The position numbers and the translations under genes are program-made. A DNA stretch of 36,220 bases from Toensbergia leucococca (taxonomy: Eukaryota), in the NCBI GenBank assembly GCA_022813965.1, contig JALDZS010000220.1, forward strand, positions 1 through 36,220. Direction: 5' to 3'. Numbering within the stretch: position 1 is the stretch's first letter; the number at the start of each line of letters is the position of its first letter. Below are positions 11,890 to 22,700 of this stretch, piece after piece. The notes under the pieces are model-generated. The model made no database searches and had not been told where the DNA came from. It worked only from the letters and a program-made list of their open reading frames with translations.

Positions 11890-13008
11890 ATGACTAAACC
11901 AACAGTACTCCACCTCGGCGACCCCATCAAATGGAATCACGAGCTTTACCAAAAGCTGAACCTCAAGTGCACCATTATTCGCGTCTCAGGTAAAGACCTG
12001 GATCGTCAAGTATTCAAGAAGGCTCTCCAACAGAAGACATATGGAGATTTCACAGCCTTATATCGCCCATTCTGGAACACTGGTGGTGAAATGGGCAATT
12101 GGGATGACGAGTTAATGTAATGACACGGAATCTTATTTCTCCTTGACTCAAGGAACAAAGAATCTCTAATACTCTATGTGATTGCTGTCAGATCTCTCCT
12201 CCCAGCTTCCTGCAAGATTTCTGCTTCGGCAGGCGCAGGATTCGATTGGGTTGACACCTCCCGCCTTGCTGCTCGTGGAATTCTCTACTGCAACGCTGCA
12301 GCAGCGTGTACCGAATCCGTCGCTGATGTGGCCATCTGGCTGATTTTGTCTACCTTCCGTCTACTCTCCTGGTCTTCGAAAGCGGCACGAAGTAATTCCA
12401 CTGCTGCGTTCACTGATGCACAGAAGAACATTGCTGCTATCACACATAATCCCAGCGGGCACTCACTTGGGATCATTGGGTTGGGCAATATCGGATTACG
12501 TATTGCGCAGAAGGCGAGCGGGGCGTTTGGGATGAAGATATTATACAACGATGTTATGAGGAAGAGTCAAGAGGTAGAGGCGAGCCTGGGTGCTACATTT
12601 TATGAAAACCTGGATGAGATGCTCGCAGAAGCAGACTGTGTGCTTGTGGCTACGCCTTTCGGGGGATCAAAGGTGCTCAATGGAACAAACATGGCGAAGA
12701 TGAAGAAAGGCGGACGAATTGTGAATATTGCCAGGGGAAAATTGATAGATGAGGAAGCGTTAGTAGCGGCACTTGAGAGTGGGCATGTCTTTGCTGCAGG
12801 TTTAGATGTGCACTACGATGAACCAAAGGTCAACGAGAAGTTGGCAGCGATGAGAAATGTGGAAGTTTTATCGCACACGGCCGGCGCTTCAATGGAATCG
12901 CATATTGGCTTCGAGAGGCTGGGAATGGAGAACATTCTGAGCTTCTTGGATACTGGCAAGGCTATAACGCCGGTGAATGCGCATCTGATTGGGAAGAGCT
13001 TATTGTGA
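11890..13008 (+). CDS. D-isomer-specific 2-hydroxyacid dehydrogenase (D-mandelate dehydrogenase/glyoxylate reductase-like), 2 exons
   Basis: Exon 1 11890-12116, intron 12117-12191 (GTAATG..CTAAT..CAG), exon 2 12192-13008. Motifs SAGAGFDWVD, LGIIGLGNIG, VNIARGKLIDE, AGLDVHYDEP, SHTAG. Confidence 0.92.
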
Positions 13009-14092
13009 AATAGACAAGGAAAAGGATTGACCTGGGTTTCGTATCTTGGGATTGACCTAAAAGCAGCATTTCTGGCGCAATCACGATTTACAAAGGAAAT
13101 AACCATTGAATAGCCATCTAAGCAGACACGTTCTCCTTCATTTCATCACAAGCTTCCTCTGTCAATATTAGAATACAAGACACACAAGCTTCGATTGTCG
13201 TCGACGGTAGCCTCTCTTCTCATTGCACCACTCGTCCTCGATCTCCACGCTTTTTTCCTTTACAACACTTCAGCGACATATTAACAACCTCTTCGCAATG
13301 GGCAATGTTTGCAAGTGACTATGTGTGTTGGCTTTCACTTCTTGCAACATTTCGTACTGGGATCATCATTTTGATCTTTTGACCGCGCTTTCCACGAGGT
13401 TCATTGTTTTTTGGCAAGCAATGTTGGATTCAATGCCGTAGGTTCAAAAAATGAAGGTTTCCAATAACTCACAGATTCAGTACTTAGGTTGACCCGGGCA
13501 GAATTTCAGGCTTGGCTTGTGCGCCGGGTCGAGCTTGGTGTTGTGCCTCCAGCATGTGAGTGCAGTGGATAGGGCAGATAAGAAAGCTTTGGGACCCATG
13601 AAGCTTGATTGCTCGCGCAGTTTGAGTGCTTATGCGAAGATCAAAGAGGGTTTGAGTGCGCAATTTCTCTCATGGCCAGACCTTTTGCACTCCCTACATC
13701 CTTCCCACAGCACATGCCCAGCGTTGATATACGAGAGCATCATCTCCATGAACCATTTACAATACATCTCAACAAGTGCGCACAGCAAGCCAGTAAGGAT
13801 AGTCAGCTACACTTCACTTCGCTGCAATCGATTTAGCCGTGCATACAGAGTAACATGCAGGATGATTTCAGCAACGAATGAAGGGACCGACTAAGCGAGG
13901 GTTTACTGCTTATACTCAGTCCTGGCGGGCTCTGAATCGGAAGATTATAACGAGCCAAAGTATTGGCTGCCTTGGTTCTCTCAGCGCTTACACTAGAAAA
14001 CGTAAGACTGCATAAATGTACAAAGTACGGATAGGTAGGCAGGTAGGTATGAATATATGGGCATTGCTTCCCACCGCAAAGCCTGACGATGA

Positions 14093-14140
14093 AAGTCTTT
14101 ACTCACCTTTGAGAGGAAGTCTTTACTCACCTTTGAGAGG
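14093..14140. repeat. Perfect 24-nt tandem duplication
   Basis: aagtctttactcacctttgagagg at 14093-14116 and again at 14117-14140. Confidence 0.95.
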
Positions 14141-14212
14141 TATACACTTACATATTATCTGTGTTCTTTGAGTAGCTTTGTAATTAGCTAGCTTCGACGA
14201 CACAATCAAGGA

Positions 14213-16477
14213 ATGCCTCGAGGCGGGATAAGAGCTGAGAAATGCCATGTTCATTGGATGGCTCCAACCTCCATGCTAAATAAATAGCCGCCTTCGTGAC
14301 GGGCACTCTTCTAGCACTTAGCCACCATCTATTCTACCAGCAACTCCATGGCCAGCAAACACCGACGGATGACTACCGCCTCGGCGGTCTGCGCTACTCG
14401 AGACAACAGATGAATATCCAAATCGGCACCGCCTTTGCCTTCCTCGTCAAAGCCTTTCTGGTCATCTCCATTTCCATCGCGCACGCTCAGGTCTTCTGGA
14501 GCTCTTTGTCCACTTCGCATCAGAAAAGGCAACCCATTTTGAGTAGAGTCGACACCGCTTTCTCAGCGCTCGGTAACATCACAGCCTTCTTGAACCTTCC
14601 GGTTTGGCTATGGAATCCCGTGCTTCTGTCTCTTGCAACTCTCACATGGTTAGTTCACCTGATCATCTAAACGCAAGCTCTAACGCTGAAGCTGGTTACT
14701 GCCGATTGCCTCAATCATCACCCCTGGTACACTTTCGATTCGCGCCGTCACCCTGACTCAATCATCCTTGTTACCTGTGCGTTTCCTCAACTTCACGAGT
14801 CTGAGCTTTACTGACAGACTTTTCGACTCGGGCGACGGGAACGTGATAAACTATGACTACAATGGCCTAAGTGAAGTTGTAGAAAGCATTGCTGCAACTG
14901 TCAGCGCGCAAGGAGTCATTATGGACATTGCTCCACCGTCATTGAATTCAAGCTGGCAGCTTGAGTTCTATGGTCCAAGTCTAAAATGTGCTAACGTGAG
15001 TGATGTTGGTCGTCAACGAATTTTTTTCAATGTTGCCAGGTTCTTTGCTCAACCGTTAGGGCCTCAAGGGAATACACATCCAATTTGTACCGACGGTCGA
15101 TGCGCATATTTGAGCTGGTTTCAAGATTTACCTTTCACCAATCAATCGACGACGAGCTTGAACAAGGTGAATGAGACCTTTGAGAACTATACTACGACCT
15201 ACAATTATACTATGAGTACTGCTAAAATCAGTACCAAGAATGGTGGCAATGCAACAATCAGTTTCGCAACTTTTCCAGGCATGTTCAACGTAAATGATCC
15301 CTGTCAAGACTTCCCGTCATCTCCGGGTGCAAACGTGTCTTTTGTCACCGGTAACGACCCTGTAGCTGCGCTGAGTCCCCTGGGTGCTTTTGGTGAAGGA
15401 GCTACTATGGTACAATGCCAATTCTTCAACTCTTCTTCAACTCTTCATATAAAGCCGACTTTCAGTACATCAACGGAGAACAAAGCATTACCGTGAATGC
15501 ACCTGTCAGAGGCTCTGACACACCCTTTAAGACTTTCAGCATCGTGGGTCAAAAGAACACCGATCCTAATAATCCCTCTGTTGGCGTGGGAGGTAGGTGC
15601 TTGGCCTTTCAGCCCAATACTTCGTCTGCCTCCTTTCCTGACCCTTGCGACTACGATCCTGCTATCCTACGGGCCATCGCGTATCAAGGCGTGATGGAAG
15701 CCTTCGCCAATCTGTTTGTCGGGTCCTTGAGGATTCCTTACCGAGGACCTCTACTGAAGAGCACGGAGATTTTGAGTACCGCTCTCTTAGATACGGACGA
15801 ACTCGGATTTCTCGACGAAGAACAAGGGGATTATCTAGATGGCTTTGCGAACGGCGAAGATCTTCAGCAGGCGCTTGAAATAGCTGGAATTCAGGTCGGC
15901 GGGCTTGCGCAGGCGGGCAACTCAACAGCAAATCAACCTCTCGGCGATGTGCTTGAAGAAATGTTCCGCAACTATACTATTAGCTTAATGAGCTCAGAGC
16001 GCCTGCGGTAGGCTGTCAATATGTGCGTTTCGCGATGCTTTCGCTAACAACCGCACTACAAGACCGAACATCTCCGAGCAGGATGTACCACTAGCAAATG
16101 TTACAACGATCATTTACCAAAACATCTACGCTTACTCGTCAAACAAGCTCTGGCTGGCATATGGCATCACGATACTTCTTACAGCCCTCGCTGTCGCTCA
16201 GGGACTCTTTTATATATACTTAAACGGGGCATCATACAGCAACAACTTCTCTACTGTGATGCGTAGCACGTGGACTGCCAAGCCGAGTGTTGATTCTTGC
16301 CAAGTGAGCGACGGTTTTCAAGACCCATTGCCTGAAATTATCGCTAAAGCTACCGTGGAACTTCCCTCAACGCGACGCACCAGGTTACATTCAGACGGGC
16401 CGAAGAATAACAAGAAATCGGACACTCGAGGGGTTTATGCCAACGTGGCAAGCGTTTCAAATCATACTGACCGCTGA
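14213..16477 (+). pseudogene. Fungal multi-pass membrane glycoprotein with large N-glycosylated lumenal region; two frameshifts
   Basis: MPRGG..HWMAPTSML (ATG 14213) shifts frame at ~14277-14287 into AAFVTGTLLALSHHLFY..QIGTAFAFLVKA. Intron 14649-14691. An 11-nt duplication at 15422-15443 shifts the frame again. Intron 16008-16062. C-terminus NIYAYSSNKLWLAYGI..NGASYSNNFSTVMRST, stop at 16477. Confidence 0.8.
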
Positions 16478-16546
16478 CAGTCCTACAGCTCGTCATTTTT
16501 CTCCTTGGCAAGCGCTGTCAAATGACGCCACAAGGAAGTAAATGCG

Positions 16547-16937
16547 TTGTGAGTGCATTATGTGAGATGCAATAAATTCTCAAAAGTGATGGTTTGTGGA
16601 TTTGTAAAGAGATTAATACAATTCTCAAAGCAATATCTGTTTCTCTGTCTGAAGATGTCAATCAGCTGACAATCACTTTGAGCATTGAGTTGTAAAGATA
16701 AGCAACCCTATCATTGCACTAGATGTCATTTGCACAGATTAGTTGATGTGTCATAACTTGTTGACATATTCAGACTAGTGATATGATATACTATTAGTAC
16801 TGTTATGTTAAACCTTACATTCATATGACTTTGAATATTCTCTTTATTAAATCACATCTTTTTAAAAAAAGACAACAGTTTTAAACTCTTATCAGAATAA
16901 AAAAAATCTTGTAATAATAGATTGAGACAGAAAGACT
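16547..16937. other. AT-rich tract with no CpG dinucleotide (possible hypermutated repeat relic)
   Basis: No CG found by eye between the CGs at 16545-16546 and 16938-16939. TG/CA dinucleotides are abundant and there is no ORF. Confidence 0.6.
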
Positions 16938-17191
16938 CGGGAGTCACAAAGACAGAAAAATGAATTGACTTGCTAGAATAAAAGGGTCTGAGATTTTAAA
17001 AATCAGAATCATAGTCAATAAAAATCTAACAAGGGGAGTTCATAATATACAGGGTCACATGATGTTCTTCGTCCGAGTCCTAAAATTATCCCAGTAGCAT
17101 ACCTAAAAACCCGCCAGCCAAGGCCACAGCCCTAACATATCAGACCCCCTAGCCCTGCGATTCGTTCGGTGGAAAGAATGCCCTCGCACCT

Positions 17192-18034
17192 TCATGGACT
17201 CGGGTCCTCATCTTCTGAAACTACCTCCTCCTCTTCTGAAACTATTTCCTCCTCATCTGAAGCCACCTCTTCCTCTTCTGAATCCACCTCTTCCTCTTCT
17301 GATTCCACCTCAGCACGACAGCAAGGGCACGTTCGATGTTTTGCGAGCCAAGTCTCAATGCAGATGTTACAGAATTGGTGTTTGCACTGTAGAGTCTTGC
17401 AATTCTCGTCGCTGATATTCACGTAGCAAATGGGGCACTCAATGTCTTCCGTCGTGTTTGATGAGGGTTGATGATGGTGATTTTGGCTTGGAAGTGCAGG
17501 TGCCAGTGAGGGTGCTGATGGGGTTGATGAAGATGGAATGAGGGATGTGCATTGCTGGGGCTGCGTTTCCCACGTCGTATCTATGGCAGCTCTGAATATC
17601 ATGGTCCTCATGGTTGTAGCAGTCGTAGGAGTTGTAGCAGCTGTGGTTGCCGTCGTGTCCGTGATCTCAAGAACAGCTATCTGCTCTCCAAGCCGATCAT
17701 CCGCTCGCTGTCTCGTCATCTCTGCCCTGAGCTTTTCCACCTTACTTAGCCATACGCTCGTGATAGTTGAAGCTTGGTTTTGATGCCATCTTTTGCACAG
17801 GAGGCGTGAAGCTATGTCCTCGAGAAAGTCATCTAGATTCGCTGTCATGACATCCATTCTGCCGATTCGATCAAGCTTCTTGGACGCTTCATGCCGGTTT
17901 GCTGCCGCGATCGGGTTGCGACATCTTCTACCTTTGGAAGGGGCGTGGCCGATACAGGTGGATTCGTGTTCTGGGGAGTATTCGCCGAGTTTGAAGATTT
18001 GGGAGGGGTTCCATTGTTGATTAGAGGTTGCCAT
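17192..18034 (-). CDS. RING-HC (C3HC4) finger protein with an N-terminal Cys/His motif and acidic repeat tail (~280 aa, intronless)
   Basis: ATG 18034 (MATSNQQW). CPIC..LQCKHQFCNICIETW..TCPCCR is a RING-HC pattern. N-terminal CIGHAPSKGRRCRNPI..LLCKRWHQNQA. Confidence 0.85.
   Translation of the reverse strand: MATSNQQWNPSQIFKLGEYSPEHESTCIGHAPSKGRRCRNPIAAANRHEASKKLDRIGRMDVMTANLDDFLEDIASRLLCKRWHQNQASTITSVWLSKVEKLRAEMTRQRADDRLGEQIAVLEITDTTATTAATTPTTATTMRTMIFRAAIDTTWETQPQQCTSLIPSSSTPSAPSLAPALPSQNHHHQPSSNTTEDIECPICYVNISDENCKTLQCKHQFCNICIETWLAKHRTCPCCRAEVESEEEEVDSEEEEVASDEEEIVSEEEEVVSEDEDPSP
17206..17311 (-). repeat. Imperfect 21-nt coding tandem repeat (~5 copies) encoding V-x-S-E-E-E-E
   Basis: Protein tail EVESEEEEVDSEEEEVASDEEEIVSEEEEVVSEDED; DNA unit similar to cctcttcctcttctgaatcca. 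Confidence 0.85.
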
Positions 18035-19728
18035 GAAGGACAAAATGTAAAGATAGTCGAGAATCCGGATAAATTGTCATGAAAGAAGTCGATGAAAATG
18101 TACAGCTTGGAAGGTCTTGGAAGCTGCGGAAGAGGTTGACACAGTAGAATCTCATGGAGTGCCATAGCAAATTATATGTTCCTCTATTGAATCAATTCAA
18201 GTGTAAAAATGATGCAAGCTGATGTATCAGCCCGGCACTGCCACACAAGTTTGCCACGCGTTCAAGGAGAACGAGGCGTACTGCCACTTGTAGCTGCAAA
18301 AGAAGAGTGTGGAGTAAAAATAATCGTTGGAGAAGGAGGCTTAGTCCAGAGTTCCTAGTCTGCGTATTCCGCGACGGCATCTCGAAGCCACCACTAATGA
18401 TGAACACAACCATGAACGCTGGGGATCAAGCGCGCAAGGAACCAATTGCAAGACATGACATTTCAATACAGATGCATCTAGACCTAGCTATGGTTTAGAG
18501 TTACCTTCAGATATATATTTGGCTGAGAACGATGATCATAGAGTGAAACTAGCAGACTGACTCGACTGAGTCCATTAGGTGACATGTGTGACGGGTCAGG
18601 ATCCTTGCAACGCTGCTGCACGGCAGTAATAACCATGACTAGGACTTGGGGGATTTTCACACGGCTGTTAGAGTTCAGAAGAGAACAATTGCTATGATCA
18701 GAACAAGATAGAATTTCGAGTATAGGAAACTTGACAGAAAACGCAATGGTAAGCCTAAGAAAGACTGTGATGATGGGCTAAAGTACGACACACTCGTAAC
18801 AAGAAAACATGACAGAGACGTAGGAGATGGTGCCTTGCTTGACCCGTGCGGAGAGGCTTCCTCGTTTAAGCCGTCTTTTCAGCACATTGATTAGCTTTAG
18901 TCTCCCTGATGGAGATGTGGAACGACGTGTGGTTGGTCGACGATGAAGCGCCGCAGTATCTCAAACAGCCTTCACCCCGAATTAAAAGCCTGGCGCCTAA
19001 TCCAGGCGGAGCGCCGGCCCGTCTTCCAATTTCCGCCTGCGCCTAGAGCAGAACTCAATTGCTGCTCAAGATTGATGTCATCCAAATTACCTATCTCTAT
19101 TGCTTTCCATTCTTCTTGACCTCAAATCTGCCTAGCCCTTATGAATCGAACACTCTAGAACATTTCAGCCGCTTGCACACTCTATCCCATTCTACGTAGC
19201 TACCATCCGTCACGCCGCAACCGGGGGTTCTGCCACGGCCCAATGACCGACAAATTCAAATGATGGGTGATATAATCCTTCAACCACACTTGGGGCGTAG
19301 CTCATAGACACGATGAACGATGAGCCAATTCGCACGCAAGATTCCGCGCAAATGATGCCCTCGAGCTCCCTTTGGCCGGCGGCAACGAGATGAATATCAC
19401 CCACGGAGTTCTATCACAATCAGGACAGCTGGGACAGATGGCATAGGTGGAGCCTGATCAAGGGTTAGGGCTGTAGCCAAAAGGGTTGCCGCTGCAGCAA
19501 TGCGCCCAAAAAAAAAGTCCCAAAATCAAAATCATACATACAATACCTGAAATACACTTAAGAAGCAGTTCATATCAAATGCATGGATAAGGCTAATAGC
19601 AGCAGTCTGAATACCAATTTTTCAAATTCAGGGAATCGTCTTTCTTCTCCAAAAAGAAACGTTAGATATATGACGTAACAGTAGAAACTATAAAACTCCC
19701 TACTCTACTCACAGCAGTCCACACATCC

Positions 19729-22700
19729 TCAAATCATCTCCCCACCCTCCCCCATAATCTTCTGCAAATGGCGTTTAACCCGCGGCCAAACCACGTCAAT
19801 ACTCGCCTCCCCCATCCAGCAGTCCAAATGACCCTTCCCCTGAAACACAACCCGCTCATACCCATCGCTCCCCAATTGATCCCTTAGCATTGAATAACTA
19901 ATATCCGTGCTCTCAGGCGTATACACCACGTTCTCGCTGCCTGAAAACAACAATATCGGGATACCGTGGAGGCGCGCAATGTTGACTGGCGTGTCGAGGA
20001 CCTCGCCCGCGTTTGTGCAGACGTGACCGGTAGTACCCATGTGCATCAGGTGTGCAAGGGACGCCATCGACGTCCCGCCAAGAAACTTGGAAAGGTTGTT
20101 GTGCGTCGCGGCGTTGAGGTTGCGGTGGGTCCAAAGTCTACGATATATCAGATCAGTATGCACTACTTAAGGGTGCGGGTTCAAGGGGCAGGGAATCTGG
20201 TACCTTCCAAACACGAGCTCGCTTCGATGGCAGACAACAGAATTGCAGATCTCGGTTGTCGCACCGGTTGGATAGAAGCGGAGGGCTTGATTGATGAGTT
20301 GCTGTAGGTATGTGTCCTCGGTACTCGAGGCAGTAGAGAACCAATTGCCAGCAAGGAGCTTGTAAACTCGGGTCAATGGGATGGGGAGACTGGCTTTGAG
20401 GTAATTGACGCTGCCGAAGAGCGGGTTCATGAAGACATTCGAGGCCGTGACACCGCTGACCCAGGCGGCGGGGACTGTGCCGTCTAAGAGGGCGATTGAA
20501 AGTGCGACGGAACCGGCACAGTGGGCAATAACGTAAATCTTTGCCGTGGTGGATTGGAGGGCCCGGATTTGGGTGAGGGCAGCGAGGATATCGAGACGAG
20601 CGTCGAAAGTGGTGTAATTCTTCTGGGCGACCATGGTTTTGCCGACGCGGTGGGTGACGCAGAAGGCACGGTACCCGGCGAAGGTGAAGTATTCGATTGC
20701 ATTGGTCTTGATTGTGGGTAGAGCAAAGATTTGATGATCGACCGCCGCGCCAGGAATGAATAGGACGTTGGGATAAAGGGAACTGGCAGGCTGGGTAGGT
20801 TCCCACATGTGCATTACTGACGGGACGCCATCAGAAGCGGTCAGGTTGTATGTGGCTGTGGGAGGAGCCTTGTTCAGGTAACCATTCGTTGTCACTTTGG
20901 GATATTGGAGAATGTTCAAGGGAGAAAGGAAGACGCCGGCAACTTGCTTTGTGAAGTAGGTTAGAAATTGAGCCGTCGACTGGATTTTTGCAAAAAGACT
21001 CTGGCCAGAGGGAGTGAAAGTGGCTAGTTCTGAACCGAATGCTGTGGGATTGATATGAAGAATGCCACGACCAAGTACAGATTCGCTACCATCTGTAGAA
21101 GTGAGAGTGACATAGAGCGTAGAGGTCGCTTTCCACGTCGCTAACGGCGAGAATGCTACAGAAGAGTTGACCACTTTGTATCCGTGACTAACAGATCTAT
21201 ATCAGTATAATGTTCTAATTCAACGAGACGGGATGATGACCCACAAGTGGATCTTTTTGCCGTTGGTAGACACCATATCAAAGTCGTAGGTGAGATTCTT
21301 CGTGTCTGGTGCTCGCGAATCCTCGTTGAAAAGTTGGAAGTTGCCTTGTAGGACCATGAAGGGATCCTTGCTCAAGGCCCCGCAGGTGAAGGTTCCGGTG
21401 AGCATTGCAGAATGATCATCTCGAGATACAACTATTGCTATTAGCTCAGATCTCAAGAGAGGGCGACTTCCCGAGACGACTTACATGTATCCGTGTTCCA
21501 TGCATGTACGCTAAGGTAGAAACGAGCAGCATTGCAAGCAGCTCGAGCTGTATTGTCGGCAGTTGTAAAGTCATAGATCTCATCTCCAATGTACATATAA
21601 CCTTCCATGATCTCGGTGAAATCGATTCCTTCGGATTTCGCTGCTTGAGCTTCATTGATGATTCTCTCTGCATGCTTCAACTTGCCCTCATTAGGAACAG
21701 GATGCGCTGGAGACCCAAAAAGATTCAAAATGCCTAGATAGAAGTCCATTATTAGCCTATACAGCGTTGGTCGGCTTTTGATGTGTTTAAAATGACTTAC
21801 CATTCTTGGTATCGTAATCTATCTCGATGTCCTTCTTTCGAGCGGCTGCTTCGACTGATCTTTCAGCCAACGCCGTGATGGTCGCGAAAGGATTGACTCC
21901 TAATGCTAGCGGCACCACACTCCCATCACAGCAGATCAAACCTTCATGGCACTCTCTCCCGTTTCCTGTCAGTAGTTCCCCGACGTGACTAGTAGCTCCA
22001 CCAGCCGCTGTTCCATCGCTACTTATATTGGCTCCACCAATGGGATGGACTGTGATCTACACGCTGTTAATAGGCACTCATGTAATACACAAGAGCTTAA
22101 CATACTTCTCCTTGACCTAAAAGAGCGAAGAAAGGGCTGTTGACATAAGTCCCTCCCACAGCATTGGTGGCTTCCGCTAACTTATTGTTCAAGAACTTTA
22201 CATGCTCGCTGCGTCCAACGCCGAGGAATCGAAGTATGGGCTTATCGTTTTCGAGTGTGAGGATTGCCTGGTTGCTATCATGGCTCATGATCAGGTAGAT
22301 CTGTGTCCTTTCAATGCTCCCACCGGGTACATATGGGCCAAATAAGCGTGTCTCACTACGAGTCAGTAGGTGTCGCAACTGATGGATCGGACCATAGTGC
22401 TTTGGGAGTATTTTCCCCGGCATTCCTTCCAACATGGTCTGTAGAACAAATGCCAGGCATTCCGGCACAGCGCCTTCCTCGATAACGTATCCATCGAGTG
22501 GATTCAGCTGATCACGACAGTCAATTATTCCATTTATGGTGGGTCCAATAGGCCGATCAGGATTTGGAAATTCTCGTCCGATGGCATTAACATTATAGTT
22601 AGTATTGTACCTATGAAGAGTCAGCCATGCCCGTACAGTCTTAGATGATGCGAACGAACCCAAAGGCCAGTATATCCCCATTGCCACTCATCCCAGTGCC

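Noticed and set aside
13517..13894. ORFs 13517-13894 and 13609-13836
   Set aside because: Non-ATG starts, no recognisable domain, no convincing splice partners.
14031..14050. Recurring (TAGG/AGGT)n motifs here and near 10131, 10513, 31861 and 32033
   Set aside because: Short simple repeats of variable form; not enough evidence to call a regulatory site.
14093..14140. CRISPR-like direct repeat
   Set aside because: Two abutting copies with no spacer in a eukaryotic context; a simple tandem duplication.
16547..17069. Naming a specific transposon in the AT-rich tract
   Set aside because: No terminal repeats, target-site duplication or transposase/RT remnants were recognisable.
18500..19500. 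Possible gene or RNA structure, including the 8-bp inverted repeat caggcgga/tccgcctg at 19003-19039
   Set aside because: No coherent ORF or tRNA-like fold; an 8-bp stem is expected by chance.
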